A stretch of 64,000 nucleotides of DNA, from the IMG/VR virus record IMGVR_UViG_3300020056_001325; one strand, written 5' to 3'. The position numbers and the translations under genes were made by a program. This document shows positions 8,434-19,119 of the stretch, piece by piece. Source of the stretch: an uncultured virus (IMG/VR IMGVR_UViG_3300020056_001325) (Duplodnaviria > Heunggongvirae > Uroviricota > Caudoviricetes). The notes beneath the pieces were generated by a model. That model was not told where the DNA came from, did not search any database, and was given only the letters and a program-made list of their open reading frames with translations. Position 1 is the stretch's first letter; every line of letters begins with the position of its first letter.

Positions 8434-8888
8434 TGAGAGCAAAAGACTTTACTAAGCCAGTAGAAGAAGAAGTAGTAGTAGAAGTGGTTCCTGCTATTGC
8501 GGCGGCTGTTGGTCGTGTTGGTGCTTCAATGGGAAGTGCGGCGGCTAAAGCAGGTGCTAAGTTAGGTACTAAAGCAATGGGCAAAGCGGCCAATGTTGCA
8601 CAAGGCTTAGGGAAACAAGCAGTTAAAGCAATACAAAAATCACAAAATAATATTGCTCAAAGTGTTCTCAAAAAAGGAAATAAATTATCTTTGCCTAAAC
8701 AAGGAGGGGCAGGCGAAGAAGAATTCGACATTGATGATGTCAAGGGCGATCAAGTTATATTGAAGAATCCAAAACCAGGACCAGGCGAGCCTAATGCATT
8801 TGTATACACTAAAAAAGATTTAGATAGTGTAGTAAAACAAAAAGCAGATCAGGCAGTTGGTACACCAGCGGCAAAGAAGGTAGTATAA
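8433..8888 (+). CDS. hypothetical Ala/Lys-rich protein
   Basis: Coupled ORF; MRAKDF..EEE N-terminus. Confidence 0.8.
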   Translation: MRAKDFTKPVEEEVVVEVVPAIAAAVGRVGASMGSAAAKAGAKLGTKAMGKAANVAQGLGKQAVKAIQKSQNNIAQSVLKKGNKLSLPKQGGAGEEEFDIDDVKGDQVILKNPKPGPGEPNAFVYTKKDLDSVVKQKADQAVGTPAAKKVV

Positions 8889-9103
8889 TGAAGATTAAAG
8901 AAATCTTTAAAGGTTTTACTATGCAAATGAGTAACGATGAATTTCGAATATTAGAAAGACTACAAAACGTTACTCCTTTAATAGCATTTCCAGAGAATGA
9001 ACAGTTCATTATTGAAAACCTTATCCGCAAGGCTTTGGTAACTAAAATACGCAATAACGGTATGACTATGGTGATCGCAAATGAAAAACCACGAAATAAT
9101 TAA
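8888..9103 (+). CDS. hypothetical protein
   Basis: Coupled ORF; MKIKEIF N-terminus. Confidence 0.75.
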   Translation: MKIKEIFKGFTMQMSNDEFRILERLQNVTPLIAFPENEQFIIENLIRKALVTKIRNNGMTMVIANEKPRNN

Positions 9104-9506
9104 AGAACTTAATGCAATCATGGAAAAAGGATTGCAAGAAGTACATTTGCCTTATGCAAAAGGTAAAAGCATTAGAATACGTAATACTGTTATACGCAAG
9201 TCGAGAGATGGCTTTTTAGTATTTGATGTTAAAACACATCAAAGGGTAGCAGAAACCTTTAGTAAAAGGGGTGCTATAGCATACGCAAAAGCACGTGAAA
9301 AGAACCGTGATCACGACTGCGATCACATATTAAGTTTGGATAATTTGCTATGTAAACACTATATGGATAGCCTGTTTCATAAGAATGTTATCGAAAAAAC
9401 AGAAGATGAATGGCGTAAAGAAGCAATTATTACACGATTTGAGATTGCTAAGGACAAAACGTTCGATACTATGGACCAGATTGATCACTATATATTTGAT
9501 GAATAA
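9081..9506 (+). CDS. hypothetical protein
   Basis: 141-aa ORF in operon. Confidence 0.75.
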   Translation: MKNHEIIKELNAIMEKGLQEVHLPYAKGKSIRIRNTVIRKSRDGFLVFDVKTHQRVAETFSKRGAIAYAKAREKNRDHDCDHILSLDNLLCKHYMDSLFHKNVIEKTEDEWRKEAIITRFEIAKDKTFDTMDQIDHYIFDE

Positions 9507-9540
9507 TGATAAATAACATTAAGCGTAAGGAACAAAAACT

Positions 9541-10440
9541 ATGAAATTAAAAGAACTTAGAAAACCATTAACAGCAAAGGCGCTAAATGAGAGCCTTGCT
9601 AAGACCTTTGGACAACGTATTGCAATAGAGAAGTTTACTAATGAACAACTCGAAGATGCACGTAATAGATTACGTACACAACTTAGTCAAGTTGAAATGA
9701 GTGAAAAGTTTGAATCTGTAAACACTAGCGACACTTATCAGAAAGCAAAAATGTTCCTTGATGTTATTAACGCTGAAATTTCTGAACGTGAAACTAATGA
9801 AGCAAAACCAGACTTCCTTGATATGGACAAAGATGGTGACAAAAAAGAGCCTATGAAGAAGGCTATCAAAGATAAAGAATCAGGCAAAGACTCAGGTATG
9901 TCAGACAAGCAAAAGAAATACTTTGGCAAGAAAGATGAGTCTGTAGTAAAAGAAGGTGCTGAAGAAGAAGCAACTTTGGTCATGGCCGCTAAGGACATGG
10001 TTGACAGAATTACAGGCTGGATGGAAGATACAGCAGAAATGCAAACAGAATCAATGCTAGAACTAGGCGACAAGATTAGAGACGAACTAGGTTCAGAAGT
10101 AAGTGAGCAATTTGTTAATACTGTAAAACCAGCACTTGAATCTCTTTACACAACATTCGAAACAACTCGTGATGCACTAACAAGTGGCGTAGCCATTGTA
10201 ACAGGCGAAGGCGGACCAGAAACTATGCCAGGAGCAGAAGGTGAGGCTCCAGCAGAGGAACCAGCAATGGAACCTACAGTTGATCAAGAAGCCGGTGCTG
10301 AAGAACCAGTAGCAGACGAATTTGCCGCAAGTGAACCAGCAACAGGCGGAGAAGAAACGGCAGACAGGGCCAAACGAGAAAGCGTACTAAGAAGCAGAAG
10401 ATTAGGTCAGTTATTAACTGATTCAAAAAAAAAGGCCTAA
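9541..10440 (+). CDS. acidic probable head/scaffold protein with DxDxDG motif; ends at a slippery site
   Basis: TAAATA and SD upstream; DFLDMDKDGD; ends TC-A9-GGCC-TAA. Confidence 0.75.
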   Translation: MKLKELRKPLTAKALNESLAKTFGQRIAIEKFTNEQLEDARNRLRTQLSQVEMSEKFESVNTSDTYQKAKMFLDVINAEISERETNEAKPDFLDMDKDGDKKEPMKKAIKDKESGKDSGMSDKQKKYFGKKDESVVKEGAEEEATLVMAAKDMVDRITGWMEDTAEMQTESMLELGDKIRDELGSEVSEQFVNTVKPALESLYTTFETTRDALTSGVAIVTGEGGPETMPGAEGEAPAEEPAMEPTVDQEAGAEEPVADEFAASEPATGGEETADRAKRESVLRSRRLGQLLTDSKKKA

Positions 10441-10781
10441 CGTTATCTGAGGAAGAAGAACCTTCCAAAAACATTCTCATTAAAGTTTTAAGAAACATGA
10501 TAGGTAGTGCTGACAATCAAGATCAGCCTGCCTATCTATCTTGGGACGCACTAAACCAAATCATGCGTAATATGAAAGCACCACAGTTTGACTTTGATGG
10601 TTTCAAAATGATTTATGATGCTAATCCAGATATTCAACCACTTATCAAAAACTTTGACGATAAGGGATTAACACTTGCAACTAAAACAGACTCCGAAGAA
10701 CCAATGACAGGTGGTGAAGAGCCTGCAGACGGCGAAGTTGACCAAATGGCTCAAAGAGCAACAGATAACGCACTCTCATAA
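10431..10781 (+). CDS. -1 frame extension of 9541..10440 (or separate ORF from ATG 10497)
   Basis: Frame is open from the A9 run through ATG 10497 to TAA 10781; no clear SD before 10497. Confidence 0.6.
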   Translation, partial: KGLTLSEEEEPSKNILIKVLRNMIGSADNQDQPAYLSWDALNQIMRNMKAPQFDFDGFKMIYDANPDIQPLIKNFDDKGLTLATKTDSEEPMTGGEEPADGEVDQMAQRATDNALS

Positions 10782-10786
10782 TTTAC

Positions 10787-10815
10787 TTGACAACTTGTAA
10801 CTTTTGTTATATACT
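10787..10815 (+). promoter_or_regulatory. sigma70-type early promoter
   Basis: TTGACA-N17-TATACT. Confidence 0.8.
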
Positions 10816-10834
10816 ATAGCACAAGGAGTAAAGA

Positions 10835-11428
10835 ATGTCAGAAGTTTCAATAGTACCAAATTTGGTATACAAATATCATTATGAACCAGGATTCGACATC
10901 GAACAGTTCAAATCCTATATTGATAAAGAAGCAGAACTACATCAGACTGAAGCAGATGGCGGACGTTCATCAGCAGGACATCTAAACCCTCCACACGAAT
11001 GGGAATGTAACCAAGACTTTATTAGATGGTTATATCCAAAGTTAGAAATTGCTCTACGTGAATGGGACGTTGATTTTTCAGACATTGTTATTACAGGTAG
11101 TTGGACTAACCTACATAAACAAGGTGCATGGACTATGCCACACGATCATGGATCGTCAAGTTTGGTAGTAAGCACATACGTTGTTAATCCTCCTAATGGT
11201 GGTAATATTGAGTTTGAACAACTATTAAGAGATAAGTGGGTAGCATACAGTCGTATTCCTAAAAGCACTATACACGACTACTGGCGAGAAGTTAGTGTAA
11301 AAACAAATGACGTTTTAATCTTCCCTGGATGGCTTACACACCAAACCCAAAAGAATGAAACAGATGAAGATAGAATTGTGTTTACTATTAATCTAGAAGG
11401 ACGGAACAGAAGTTATTTCCGCATTTAA
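10835..11428 (+). CDS. putative 2OG-Fe(II) oxygenase
   Basis: WTNLH, PHDH, LIFPGWLTH, RIVFTIN pattern. Confidence 0.8.
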   Translation: MSEVSIVPNLVYKYHYEPGFDIEQFKSYIDKEAELHQTEADGGRSSAGHLNPPHEWECNQDFIRWLYPKLEIALREWDVDFSDIVITGSWTNLHKQGAWTMPHDHGSSSLVVSTYVVNPPNGGNIEFEQLLRDKWVAYSRIPKSTIHDYWREVSVKTNDVLIFPGWLTHQTQKNETDEDRIVFTINLEGRNRSYFRI

Positions 11429-11440
11429 GGAGTTAAGTTA

Positions 11441-12262
11441 ATGACATTTAAAAAAGTTGGACAGAATATACAAAGAGATTTTAGTATTGATCCTAATTTC
11501 CATAGTGCAAATAATCAGTGGATTATTGATGCAAAGTGTCCTTTCTACGAAGAGTTTTTGCCGTTGTTTGAAAATGAAAAGTTTAGAGGCGAAGATGAAA
11601 GTGAAATCAAAACAACGTTTAATGGTTACCAATACGATATTACACCTGCTATACTTCCACAGTTTGGCGGTTCAGTAGTACGCTCAGACAAACTAAATCC
11701 TGACAGTCCAGAGGTTGCAGGCTTTCCTAGCAGTGAAACACTTAAAGAAACAAAATTTGAACCTTCAGTAGCATCTAACTTTCCGCCAATTGATAAAGAA
11801 AAGTTTGACGATATTAATTGGAATAAACTAGGTGAATGGGTTATGAAAAATATCCGTAAATATATGCTACCTATTAAAAGTATTAAAGTAAGTAAGACTT
11901 GGTGTGTTGATTATTATGATTACGGATATCAAGCAATACATCATCATGGACCGTTATGTATTAGTATGGTTATGTTTATGGATGACCAACAAGAAGTGTC
12001 AGGCACACAGAACGGCATGACTCCTCAGAACGGAATGCTTTATACACTAATGCCACATCCAGATGGTACTATGTTATACAATCAATTTGGTCCGTATCCA
12101 GGACGTACTATCTTAATGGATGGCAGAGTATGGCATGGAGTATATCCATGTAAAGCACCTAGAAGAAGTTTTGTTGTTGATTTTGATTTTGAATACTACA
12201 AACCAGACGAAGCAATTCCAGGAATGCAAACTCAACTAAATCCGGACACTCCGAATGGATAA
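11441..12262 (+). CDS. putative 2OG-Fe(II) oxygenase-like protein
   Basis: YQAIHHH...WHGVYP...RRSFVVD. Confidence 0.65.
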   Translation: MTFKKVGQNIQRDFSIDPNFHSANNQWIIDAKCPFYEEFLPLFENEKFRGEDESEIKTTFNGYQYDITPAILPQFGGSVVRSDKLNPDSPEVAGFPSSETLKETKFEPSVASNFPPIDKEKFDDINWNKLGEWVMKNIRKYMLPIKSIKVSKTWCVDYYDYGYQAIHHHGPLCISMVMFMDDQQEVSGTQNGMTPQNGMLYTLMPHPDGTMLYNQFGPYPGRTILMDGRVWHGVYPCKAPRRSFVVDFDFEYYKPDEAIPGMQTQLNPDTPNG

Positions 12263-12788
12263 TAACTACTTTGCTGAAGGACAGTTTTTAATTGAAACTG
12301 AATATCATAACTATGAAATTATGCATAGGATTATGATTGATAGTTTTAAAGAAACTGTAACATACCCAGATAGAATACAGCACGACATTGATCTTAATTC
12401 GATATCATCTGAATATATTTCCTGGGTGTTAGACAAAGTACAAAACCTAAATATTCCAATAGAATCAATTAAACCAGATCAATCTTGGTATATTGAATAC
12501 AAACCTTATGGCTACCAAGGCATTCATAATCATACAGGCAAAGAAAATCTAATTAGTACAGTTATGTACTTTGATCATAAAGAACAGGATGAAATGTTCA
12601 AACAAGATGGGTGTCTATATACCATGATGGCACACCCGAATACACAAATAGAATTCCACGAATTTCCACCAGCACCTGGCAAAACAATTATCATGAATGG
12701 TAATGTTAATCACGGAACTTATCCTTATAAACACAAGAGGCGTTGTTTGGTTATTAATTTTGAAGCAAAGTGGAAACCTGCCCAATAG
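12255..12788 (+). CDS. putative 2OG-Fe(II) oxygenase-like protein (paralog of upstream gene)
   Basis: YQGIHNH...NHGTYP...RRCLVIN. Confidence 0.65.
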   Translation: MDNNYFAEGQFLIETEYHNYEIMHRIMIDSFKETVTYPDRIQHDIDLNSISSEYISWVLDKVQNLNIPIESIKPDQSWYIEYKPYGYQGIHNHTGKENLISTVMYFDHKEQDEMFKQDGCLYTMMAHPNTQIEFHEFPPAPGKTIIMNGNVNHGTYPYKHKRRCLVINFEAKWKPAQ

Positions 12789-12796
12789 GATAAATT

Positions 12797-13477
12797 ATGA
12801 GTTTAATTACTAATAGATACGATTACCAAGAAATCAAACGACAGCAAGTAGACGGCAAACGATTGTATGCTTGTCCAGACGGCAATGCTGTTGCAAGTGT
12901 TACAACTATACTTGATAAAACAAAAGACAAGACACATCTAATTGCTTGGAAGAAACGTGTAGGCGAACAAAAAGCACAAGAGATTGTTACTGAAGCCGCA
13001 AGTGTTGGAACACGTATGCACAAATTTTTAGAAGATTATATTGACACAGGTGAATGGGGACACCCAGGAAGTAATCCTTATTCGCAACAAGCACATAAGA
13101 TGGCTGAGCAAGTTAAAGAAAATGCTATGGTAGATGTAGACGAAATATGGGGTAGTGAAATCAACCTGTATCACCCTCAAATTTACGCAGGAACGACTGA
13201 TCTTGTAGGAACATACAAAGGCCAGCCGGCTATCATGGACTTTAAACAAACTAACAAACCCAAGAAAAAAGAATGGGTTGAAGATTATTACCTACAACTT
13301 GTAGCCTATGCTCTTGCACACAACGAAGTGTATGGCACCGACATTAAAGAAGGCCATGTGTTTATGTGCAGTAGAGACCTACAATACCAGCAGTTTGATC
13401 TAACACCAGACGAATTTAAACACTGGGAATCAAAATGGTGGGATAGGGTATATATGTACTATGACCGTTTTGCATAA
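12797..13477 (+). CDS. PD-(D/E)XK exonuclease
   Basis: SVTTIL, GTRMH, YAGTTDLV, IMDFKQ, YYLQLVAYA. Confidence 0.85.
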   Translation: MSLITNRYDYQEIKRQQVDGKRLYACPDGNAVASVTTILDKTKDKTHLIAWKKRVGEQKAQEIVTEAASVGTRMHKFLEDYIDTGEWGHPGSNPYSQQAHKMAEQVKENAMVDVDEIWGSEINLYHPQIYAGTTDLVGTYKGQPAIMDFKQTNKPKKKEWVEDYYLQLVAYALAHNEVYGTDIKEGHVFMCSRDLQYQQFDLTPDEFKHWESKWWDRVYMYYDRFA

Positions 13478-13501
13478 ATACTATGTAAGGAGTATAGCAA
13501 A

Positions 13502-15130
13502 GTGGCAATAGTACAAATATCACGTATTCAAGTCCGTAGAGGACAAAAGAACCAAGGCTCGGGAGTACCGCAATTAGCAGGTGGCGAGTTTGGTTGGGCA
13601 GTAGACACAAGAGAACTTTACATTGGTAATGGCTCTGTTTCAGAAGGATCGCCAGCAGTTGGTAATACTAAAGTTATTACTGAACATGACAATCTTTTTA
13701 ACTTTGCAGACACTTATGAATATAAAGCAGAAATTGATACTATCCAAACAGGACCAACGATTACAAATCCTGTTACACGTTCCTTACAAGAAAGATTAGA
13801 CGAGTCAGTTAGTGTTAAAAGTTTTGGCGCAACAGGCGACGGGTCAGATCAAACAGTATTTCTTCAAAGAGCAATTGATGAATTATATTTAAACCCAGCA
13901 AGTAAAGGTAGTGTACCTAGTAGAATTGCGTTAGTGATTCCAGCAGGAACATATAACCTTTCTTCTCCATTAAGAATTCCACCTAATGCAAACATTATTG
14001 GTGAAGGTAGTGAAAAGACTGTTATTGTACAAACAGCAAATGCTCCTATCATGGAAACAGTTAATGAAGCAAGTAGTCCAAACAGTTATGCTCTTGATGC
14101 AACAAGTACATTTAATAATCAAGCAAAAAAGATTACAATTAAAGGATTAACACTACTACAACAAACGACTAACACAGGATTAAAATTGCAAAGTTGTCGT
14201 AGCAGTCATTTTGAAGATTTAGCAATTAAAGGTATCTGGGAAGCAAACAATGCTCTTGGCGCAGACCAAATTGGCATTAGGTTAAACAGTTTATCGACAA
14301 GTGTAAGCACTAACGACAACTATATTAATAATGTTTTAATCGAAGGTTTTGCTTATGGTGTGTTTTCCGACTTTGATGTTGTAGACAATACATTTTCAAA
14401 TGTCGACTTTGTTACATTAGGTCACGGTGTTGTACTTGGCTTGAATACAATTATTGGATCACAAGGACAACTACATGGTCCACAACGTAACCTTATAACA
14501 AATAGTAAATTTAGAGATATTGACCAACACGGTATCCTAGTTAATATTGGTAATTACAATACTAGTTCAAACAATAGTTTTGTAAATGTTGGTAACTTAG
14601 GTGGCGCTAATGCAAACGCTATTCATTCAACTATCAAGTTTACAGAAGGTACTGCTCTTTCGAACAGCAGTAACAATGACTTCTTTGATAGAACAAGTGA
14701 CTTGTCATTTAACCAAACATTAATTTCAGGTTACAAATATACTCCAGACATTGAAGGTCCAGGGGTGTTTGAAAACGGATTTTCTTATAGAATTCCTATT
14801 ACACAACAGAACAGTTATGTAAGAATTTTAAGAGCATCCGGTGAAGTATCTAAAAATATTGAAGTTGAATACATTTATAAATCAACACACGTGAATGCAC
14901 TACGTGAAGGTGTCTTGGACATTTTGGTTAACAGAGCAGACGGAACAACAACTACAAGCGACGACTTTACTTTCTTAGGTGATGATACAGTTCGAAATAA
15001 TCTACAGTTTAGATCTGTTCTTTCGGATGAAGATGGCGATGGTAATACTGATACAATCGTTATCGAAATGATTAACACTACAACTAGTGATACTGGTTCA
15101 ATCCTTTTTAAAGTAAAATATAAGTCGTAA
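13502..15130 (+). CDS. virion structural/tailspike-like protein with beta-helix (pectate lyase-like) domain
   Basis: QVRRG..LAGGEFGWAVDTRELYIGNG N-terminal module; SVKSFGATGDG; GTG start with SD AAGGAG. Confidence 0.8.
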   Translation: MAIVQISRIQVRRGQKNQGSGVPQLAGGEFGWAVDTRELYIGNGSVSEGSPAVGNTKVITEHDNLFNFADTYEYKAEIDTIQTGPTITNPVTRSLQERLDESVSVKSFGATGDGSDQTVFLQRAIDELYLNPASKGSVPSRIALVIPAGTYNLSSPLRIPPNANIIGEGSEKTVIVQTANAPIMETVNEASSPNSYALDATSTFNNQAKKITIKGLTLLQQTTNTGLKLQSCRSSHFEDLAIKGIWEANNALGADQIGIRLNSLSTSVSTNDNYINNVLIEGFAYGVFSDFDVVDNTFSNVDFVTLGHGVVLGLNTIIGSQGQLHGPQRNLITNSKFRDIDQHGILVNIGNYNTSSNNSFVNVGNLGGANANAIHSTIKFTEGTALSNSSNNDFFDRTSDLSFNQTLISGYKYTPDIEGPGVFENGFSYRIPITQQNSYVRILRASGEVSKNIEVEYIYKSTHVNALREGVLDILVNRADGTTTTSDDFTFLGDDTVRNNLQFRSVLSDEDGDGNTDTIVIEMINTTTSDTGSILFKVKYKS

Positions 15131-15559
15131 ATGCAAGAAGAAAATTTCGAAACCAAACTCTCCAGTTGGATAAACTTTAGAAAACGTTTAGAAACAAGTG
15201 CGACTCCCTTTGAAGATGTGATAAAACATTATAACACACTTAATAAGTGTAAATTAAGTGTTGATCCTTGGGATCAAAAGACTTGGCCTGATCCTTGGGA
15301 ACTACTTTGCCAAAATAAAATTTGTGACTTTACAAATAGCCTTGGAGTGTGTTATAGTTTACAATTAACTGATAGGTTTTCTCAAAGCAAATTTGAGATA
15401 CATATCTGTACAGATACAATAAACGATGAGGTAATGTACCCGGTCATTATTGACGATCAATATGTATTATGTTACAAACTAAATGAGGTTTGCCAAAAGA
15501 CGGATTTACCCTCTAATATTGTTTCACAACGCATATATCCAATGATACCACTACAATAA
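15131..15559 (+). CDS. hypothetical protein
   Basis: Abutting 142-aa ORF; WPDPWELL motif. Confidence 0.75.
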   Translation: MQEENFETKLSSWINFRKRLETSATPFEDVIKHYNTLNKCKLSVDPWDQKTWPDPWELLCQNKICDFTNSLGVCYSLQLTDRFSQSKFEIHICTDTINDEVMYPVIIDDQYVLCYKLNEVCQKTDLPSNIVSQRIYPMIPLQ

Positions 15560-15611
15560 ATACACTACAACATCATAAAGATTAACAGGATTAAATTTAA
15601 GGAGAAGATAG

Positions 15612-17942
15612 ATGTCAAACGGCGCAGGTATCCACATTCGTAAGCGTGATGGATCGTTAATGCCACTCGACGTGAATAAAATTCATTTTGTAGTGGAAGA
15701 GGCTTGTGAAGGACTTGCTCATGTAAGTAGTTCACAAATTGAAATGAATGCAAATATTCAGTTTTACGATGGTATGAGTACTGCGGAAATTCAAGAAATT
15801 TTAATCAAGAGTGCTAACGATCTTATTTCGTTAGACGCACCTAACTATCAATTTGCGGCGGCAAGACTTTTATTATATCCTATCTATAAAGAATCTTTTG
15901 GTCAATACAATGCAATCACTTTACAAGAAATGATTAACAAAAATATTGAAAGAGGTGTGTATGATCCTGCTATCCTTGAAAAGTATTCTGAAGATGAAAT
16001 TAAACAACTTAACAAATACATCAAACACAAACGTGATGAAAACTTTACCTATGCAGGTTTGCGTCAAGTAGTTGACAAGTATCTAGTACAAGATAGAAGT
16101 AGTGGTGAAATTTTTGAATCTCCACAAATGATGTATATGATGATTGCGGCAACACTATTTGCTGAATACCCTAAGGAAACAAGGCTATCATATGTAAGGA
16201 GATATTACGATGCGACCTCACTTTTTAAAATCAACATCCCCACCCCTGTTATGGCAGGTGTACGAACTCCTCTTCGTCAGTTTGCTTCTTGTGTTCTTGT
16301 TGACAGCGATGATACTCTCAATTCCATTTTTAGCAGTGATATGGCTATTGGACGTTATACTGCCCAAAGAGCAGGTATTGGAATCAACGCAGGAAGAATT
16401 AGAGCGATCAATTCGAAGATCAGAGGAGGCGAAGTTGCACATACGGGAGTAGTTCCGTTCCTAAAGAAGTTTGAATCAACTGTAAGATGTTGTACACAGA
16501 ACGGAGTGCGTGGCGGTAATGCAACTACCCACTTCCCTATTTGGCATTATGAAATTGAAGATATTCTAGTGCTAAAAAATAACAAAGGTACAGAAGATAA
16601 CCGTGTACGTAGATTAGATTATTCAATTCAACTTAACAAATTAATGTACGAAAGGTTATTGTCCGACGGCGATATTACTCTTTTCTCGCCACATGAAGTA
16701 CCTGATTTGTACGAAGCATTTTTTGCAGACCAAGACAAGTTTAAAGAACTATACGAAAAGTATGAGCGTAAAACATCACTTCGCAAAAAGAAGATTTCAG
16801 CAATGGATTTATTTTCTGCATTGATTAAAGAACGTGCAGAAACAGGACGTATCTACATCATGAATGTCGACCATGCTAACACACATAGTTCATTTAAAGA
16901 CACAGTTTACATGAGTAACCTATGTCAAGAAATTACACTACCAACCAAACCTTTACAGCATATTGATGACAAGGAAGGTGAAATTGCATTATGTATTCTT
17001 AGTGCTATTAACGTTGGTGTATTGAAAAATTTAGATGACTTAGAAGACCTATGTGATCTTGCTGTACGTTCACTAGATGAAATTATTGACTATCAACGTT
17101 ATCCAGTAGAAGCGGCTGAAAAATCTACTAAAGCAAGACGTTCATTAGGTATTGGATACATTGGATTAGCACATTACCTTGCAAAGAATCAAGTTAAATA
17201 TAGTGACAAAAAAGCACTAACTAAAGTACACGAGTTAACAGAAGCATTTCAATATTACTTGCTTCATGCTTCGGCAACACTTGCTAAAGAAAAAGGTCAG
17301 TGTGAGTATTTTGAAAGAACAAAGTATGCAGACGGCTTACTTCCAATTGATCATTATAAGAAAGATTTAGACGAGGTATGTAATATTACATTAAAATATG
17401 ATTGGGAAGATCTTAGAAGATATATTAAGGAACACGGATTACGGCACTCAACGTTGTCCGCACAGATGCCTTCAGAGAGCAGTTCCATTGTGTCGAACGC
17501 AACAAATGGCATCGAGCCACCTAGAGGTTACTTGTCCGTTAAGAAGTCAAAGAAAGGGCCTCTTAAGCAGATTGTTCCGCAGTACCAAACTCTAAAAAAC
17601 TATTACACATTGCTTTGGGATATGCCAAGCAACGAAGGTTATATTAATGTTGTTGCTGTTATGCAAAAGTTCTTTGATCAAGCAATTAGTGGTAATTGGT
17701 CATACAATCCAACACACTTTGAGAACAATGAAGTTCCTATGAGTGTTATGTTACAAGATATGCTAACCACATATAAACTAGGTTGGAAAACAAGTTACTA
17801 CCAAAACACTTACGACTTTAAAACTGATCCAAGTGAGATTGAAGAAGAGCCAAGAGTTGAAGGTACACCAAATGGTTTTGAACCAGAACTTCAGGTTAAT
17901 GGAGATTTGGACGAAGAGCATTGCGAAAGTTGTACAATTTAG
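15612..17942 (+). CDS. nrdA: ribonucleoside-diphosphate reductase alpha subunit (class Ia, with ATP cone)
   Basis: IRKRDG ATP cone, PTPVMAG, FASCVL, SNLCQEI, MPSESSS, C-terminal CESC. Confidence 0.97.
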   Translation: MSNGAGIHIRKRDGSLMPLDVNKIHFVVEEACEGLAHVSSSQIEMNANIQFYDGMSTAEIQEILIKSANDLISLDAPNYQFAAARLLLYPIYKESFGQYNAITLQEMINKNIERGVYDPAILEKYSEDEIKQLNKYIKHKRDENFTYAGLRQVVDKYLVQDRSSGEIFESPQMMYMMIAATLFAEYPKETRLSYVRRYYDATSLFKINIPTPVMAGVRTPLRQFASCVLVDSDDTLNSIFSSDMAIGRYTAQRAGIGINAGRIRAINSKIRGGEVAHTGVVPFLKKFESTVRCCTQNGVRGGNATTHFPIWHYEIEDILVLKNNKGTEDNRVRRLDYSIQLNKLMYERLLSDGDITLFSPHEVPDLYEAFFADQDKFKELYEKYERKTSLRKKKISAMDLFSALIKERAETGRIYIMNVDHANTHSSFKDTVYMSNLCQEITLPTKPLQHIDDKEGEIALCILSAINVGVLKNLDDLEDLCDLAVRSLDEIIDYQRYPVEAAEKSTKARRSLGIGYIGLAHYLAKNQVKYSDKKALTKVHELTEAFQYYLLHASATLAKEKGQCEYFERTKYADGLLPIDHYKKDLDEVCNITLKYDWEDLRRYIKEHGLRHSTLSAQMPSESSSIVSNATNGIEPPRGYLSVKKSKKGPLKQIVPQYQTLKNYYTLLWDMPSNEGYINVVAVMQKFFDQAISGNWSYNPTHFENNEVPMSVMLQDMLTTYKLGWKTSYYQNTYDFKTDPSEIEEEPRVEGTPNGFEPELQVNGDLDEEHCESCTI

Positions 17943-17943
17943 G

Positions 17944-17971
17944 TTGACAAAAATTAATTCTCAAGTATAAT
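17944..17971 (+). promoter_or_regulatory. sigma70-type promoter
   Basis: TTGACA-N16-TATAAT. Confidence 0.7.
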
Positions 17972-18015
17972 AAGATAACTATAATACTTGGGTTATGAAA
18001 GAGGTATAAAGGAAA

Positions 18016-19119
18016 ATGGCAAAAACTGTCTTTAATAAAGATAAAGTAGACTTCACAAAACAGAATATGTTTTTTGGAGCAGATCAGAATACACAACGAT
18101 ATGATGTATTCAAGTTCCCTGTGTTTGATAAATTAAATCAAACCATGCTTGGATATTTCTGGAGACCAGAAGAAGTAAGTCTACAAAAAGACAGAGCAGA
18201 TTATGCTAATTTCCGTCCAGAGCAAAAACATATTTTTACTTCTAACCTAAAGTATCAAACACTATTAGATAGTGTACAGGGTCGCGGACCTTGTTTGGCT
18301 TTCTTGCCTTATTGTTCACTACCTGAACTAGAAGGCTGTATTGTTACTTGGGACTTCTTTGAAACTATTCACTCACGTTCTTATACACACATTATGAAAA
18401 ACGTGTATCCAGATCCAAGTGAAGTATTAGACAAAATTTTAGACGATAAAGAAATTATTAAAAGAGCAACTTCTGTAACTAAAAACTATGATAGTTTTAC
18501 AGAAACTGCTGAACAGTACTTCCATCATAAGAAAGGAACACTACAAGATGTTAAAAAGCAAATGTTCCTTGCTATGATGAATGTTAATATTTTAGAAGGA
18601 CTACGTTTCTATGTTTCATTTGCTTGTACGTTTGCGTTTGGTGAATTGAAACTAATGGAAGGTTCTGCTAAAATTATTTCACTTATTGCTCGTGACGAAG
18701 CACAACATTTAGCACTTAGTTCTCACGTTATTAAAAACTGGCTACGTGGTGATGACGATGCCGAAATGGCAAAGATCGCAAAATCATGTACAGACGAAGT
18801 TTATGATATGTGGCGTAATTGTGTAGAAGAAGAAAAAGCATGGGCAAAACACTTGATGAAGGACGGATCAATTATTGGACTTAACGAAAGATTGTTAGGT
18901 GACTACGTCGAGTACATCGCAAATAGAAGATTAAAGGCTTTAGGTTACGATCCTATTTTTGACGCATCATCAACTCAGAACCCGCTACCATGGACCCAGC
19001 ACTGGTTAAGTAGTAGTGGATTGCAAGTTGCTCCACAGGAAACAGAAGTTGAAAGTTATATTGTTGGAGGCATCAAGCAAGACGTTAATAAAGAATCACT
19101 TAAAGGATTTAAACTATGA
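18016..19119 (+). CDS. nrdB: ribonucleoside-diphosphate reductase beta subunit
   Basis: FWRPEEV, DSVQGR, ETIHSRSY, LEGLRFYVSF, RDEAQH, APQETEVESY. Confidence 0.97.
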   Translation: MAKTVFNKDKVDFTKQNMFFGADQNTQRYDVFKFPVFDKLNQTMLGYFWRPEEVSLQKDRADYANFRPEQKHIFTSNLKYQTLLDSVQGRGPCLAFLPYCSLPELEGCIVTWDFFETIHSRSYTHIMKNVYPDPSEVLDKILDDKEIIKRATSVTKNYDSFTETAEQYFHHKKGTLQDVKKQMFLAMMNVNILEGLRFYVSFACTFAFGELKLMEGSAKIISLIARDEAQHLALSSHVIKNWLRGDDDAEMAKIAKSCTDEVYDMWRNCVEEEKAWAKHLMKDGSIIGLNERLLGDYVEYIANRRLKALGYDPIFDASSTQNPLPWTQHWLSSSGLQVAPQETEVESYIVGGIKQDVNKESLKGFKL

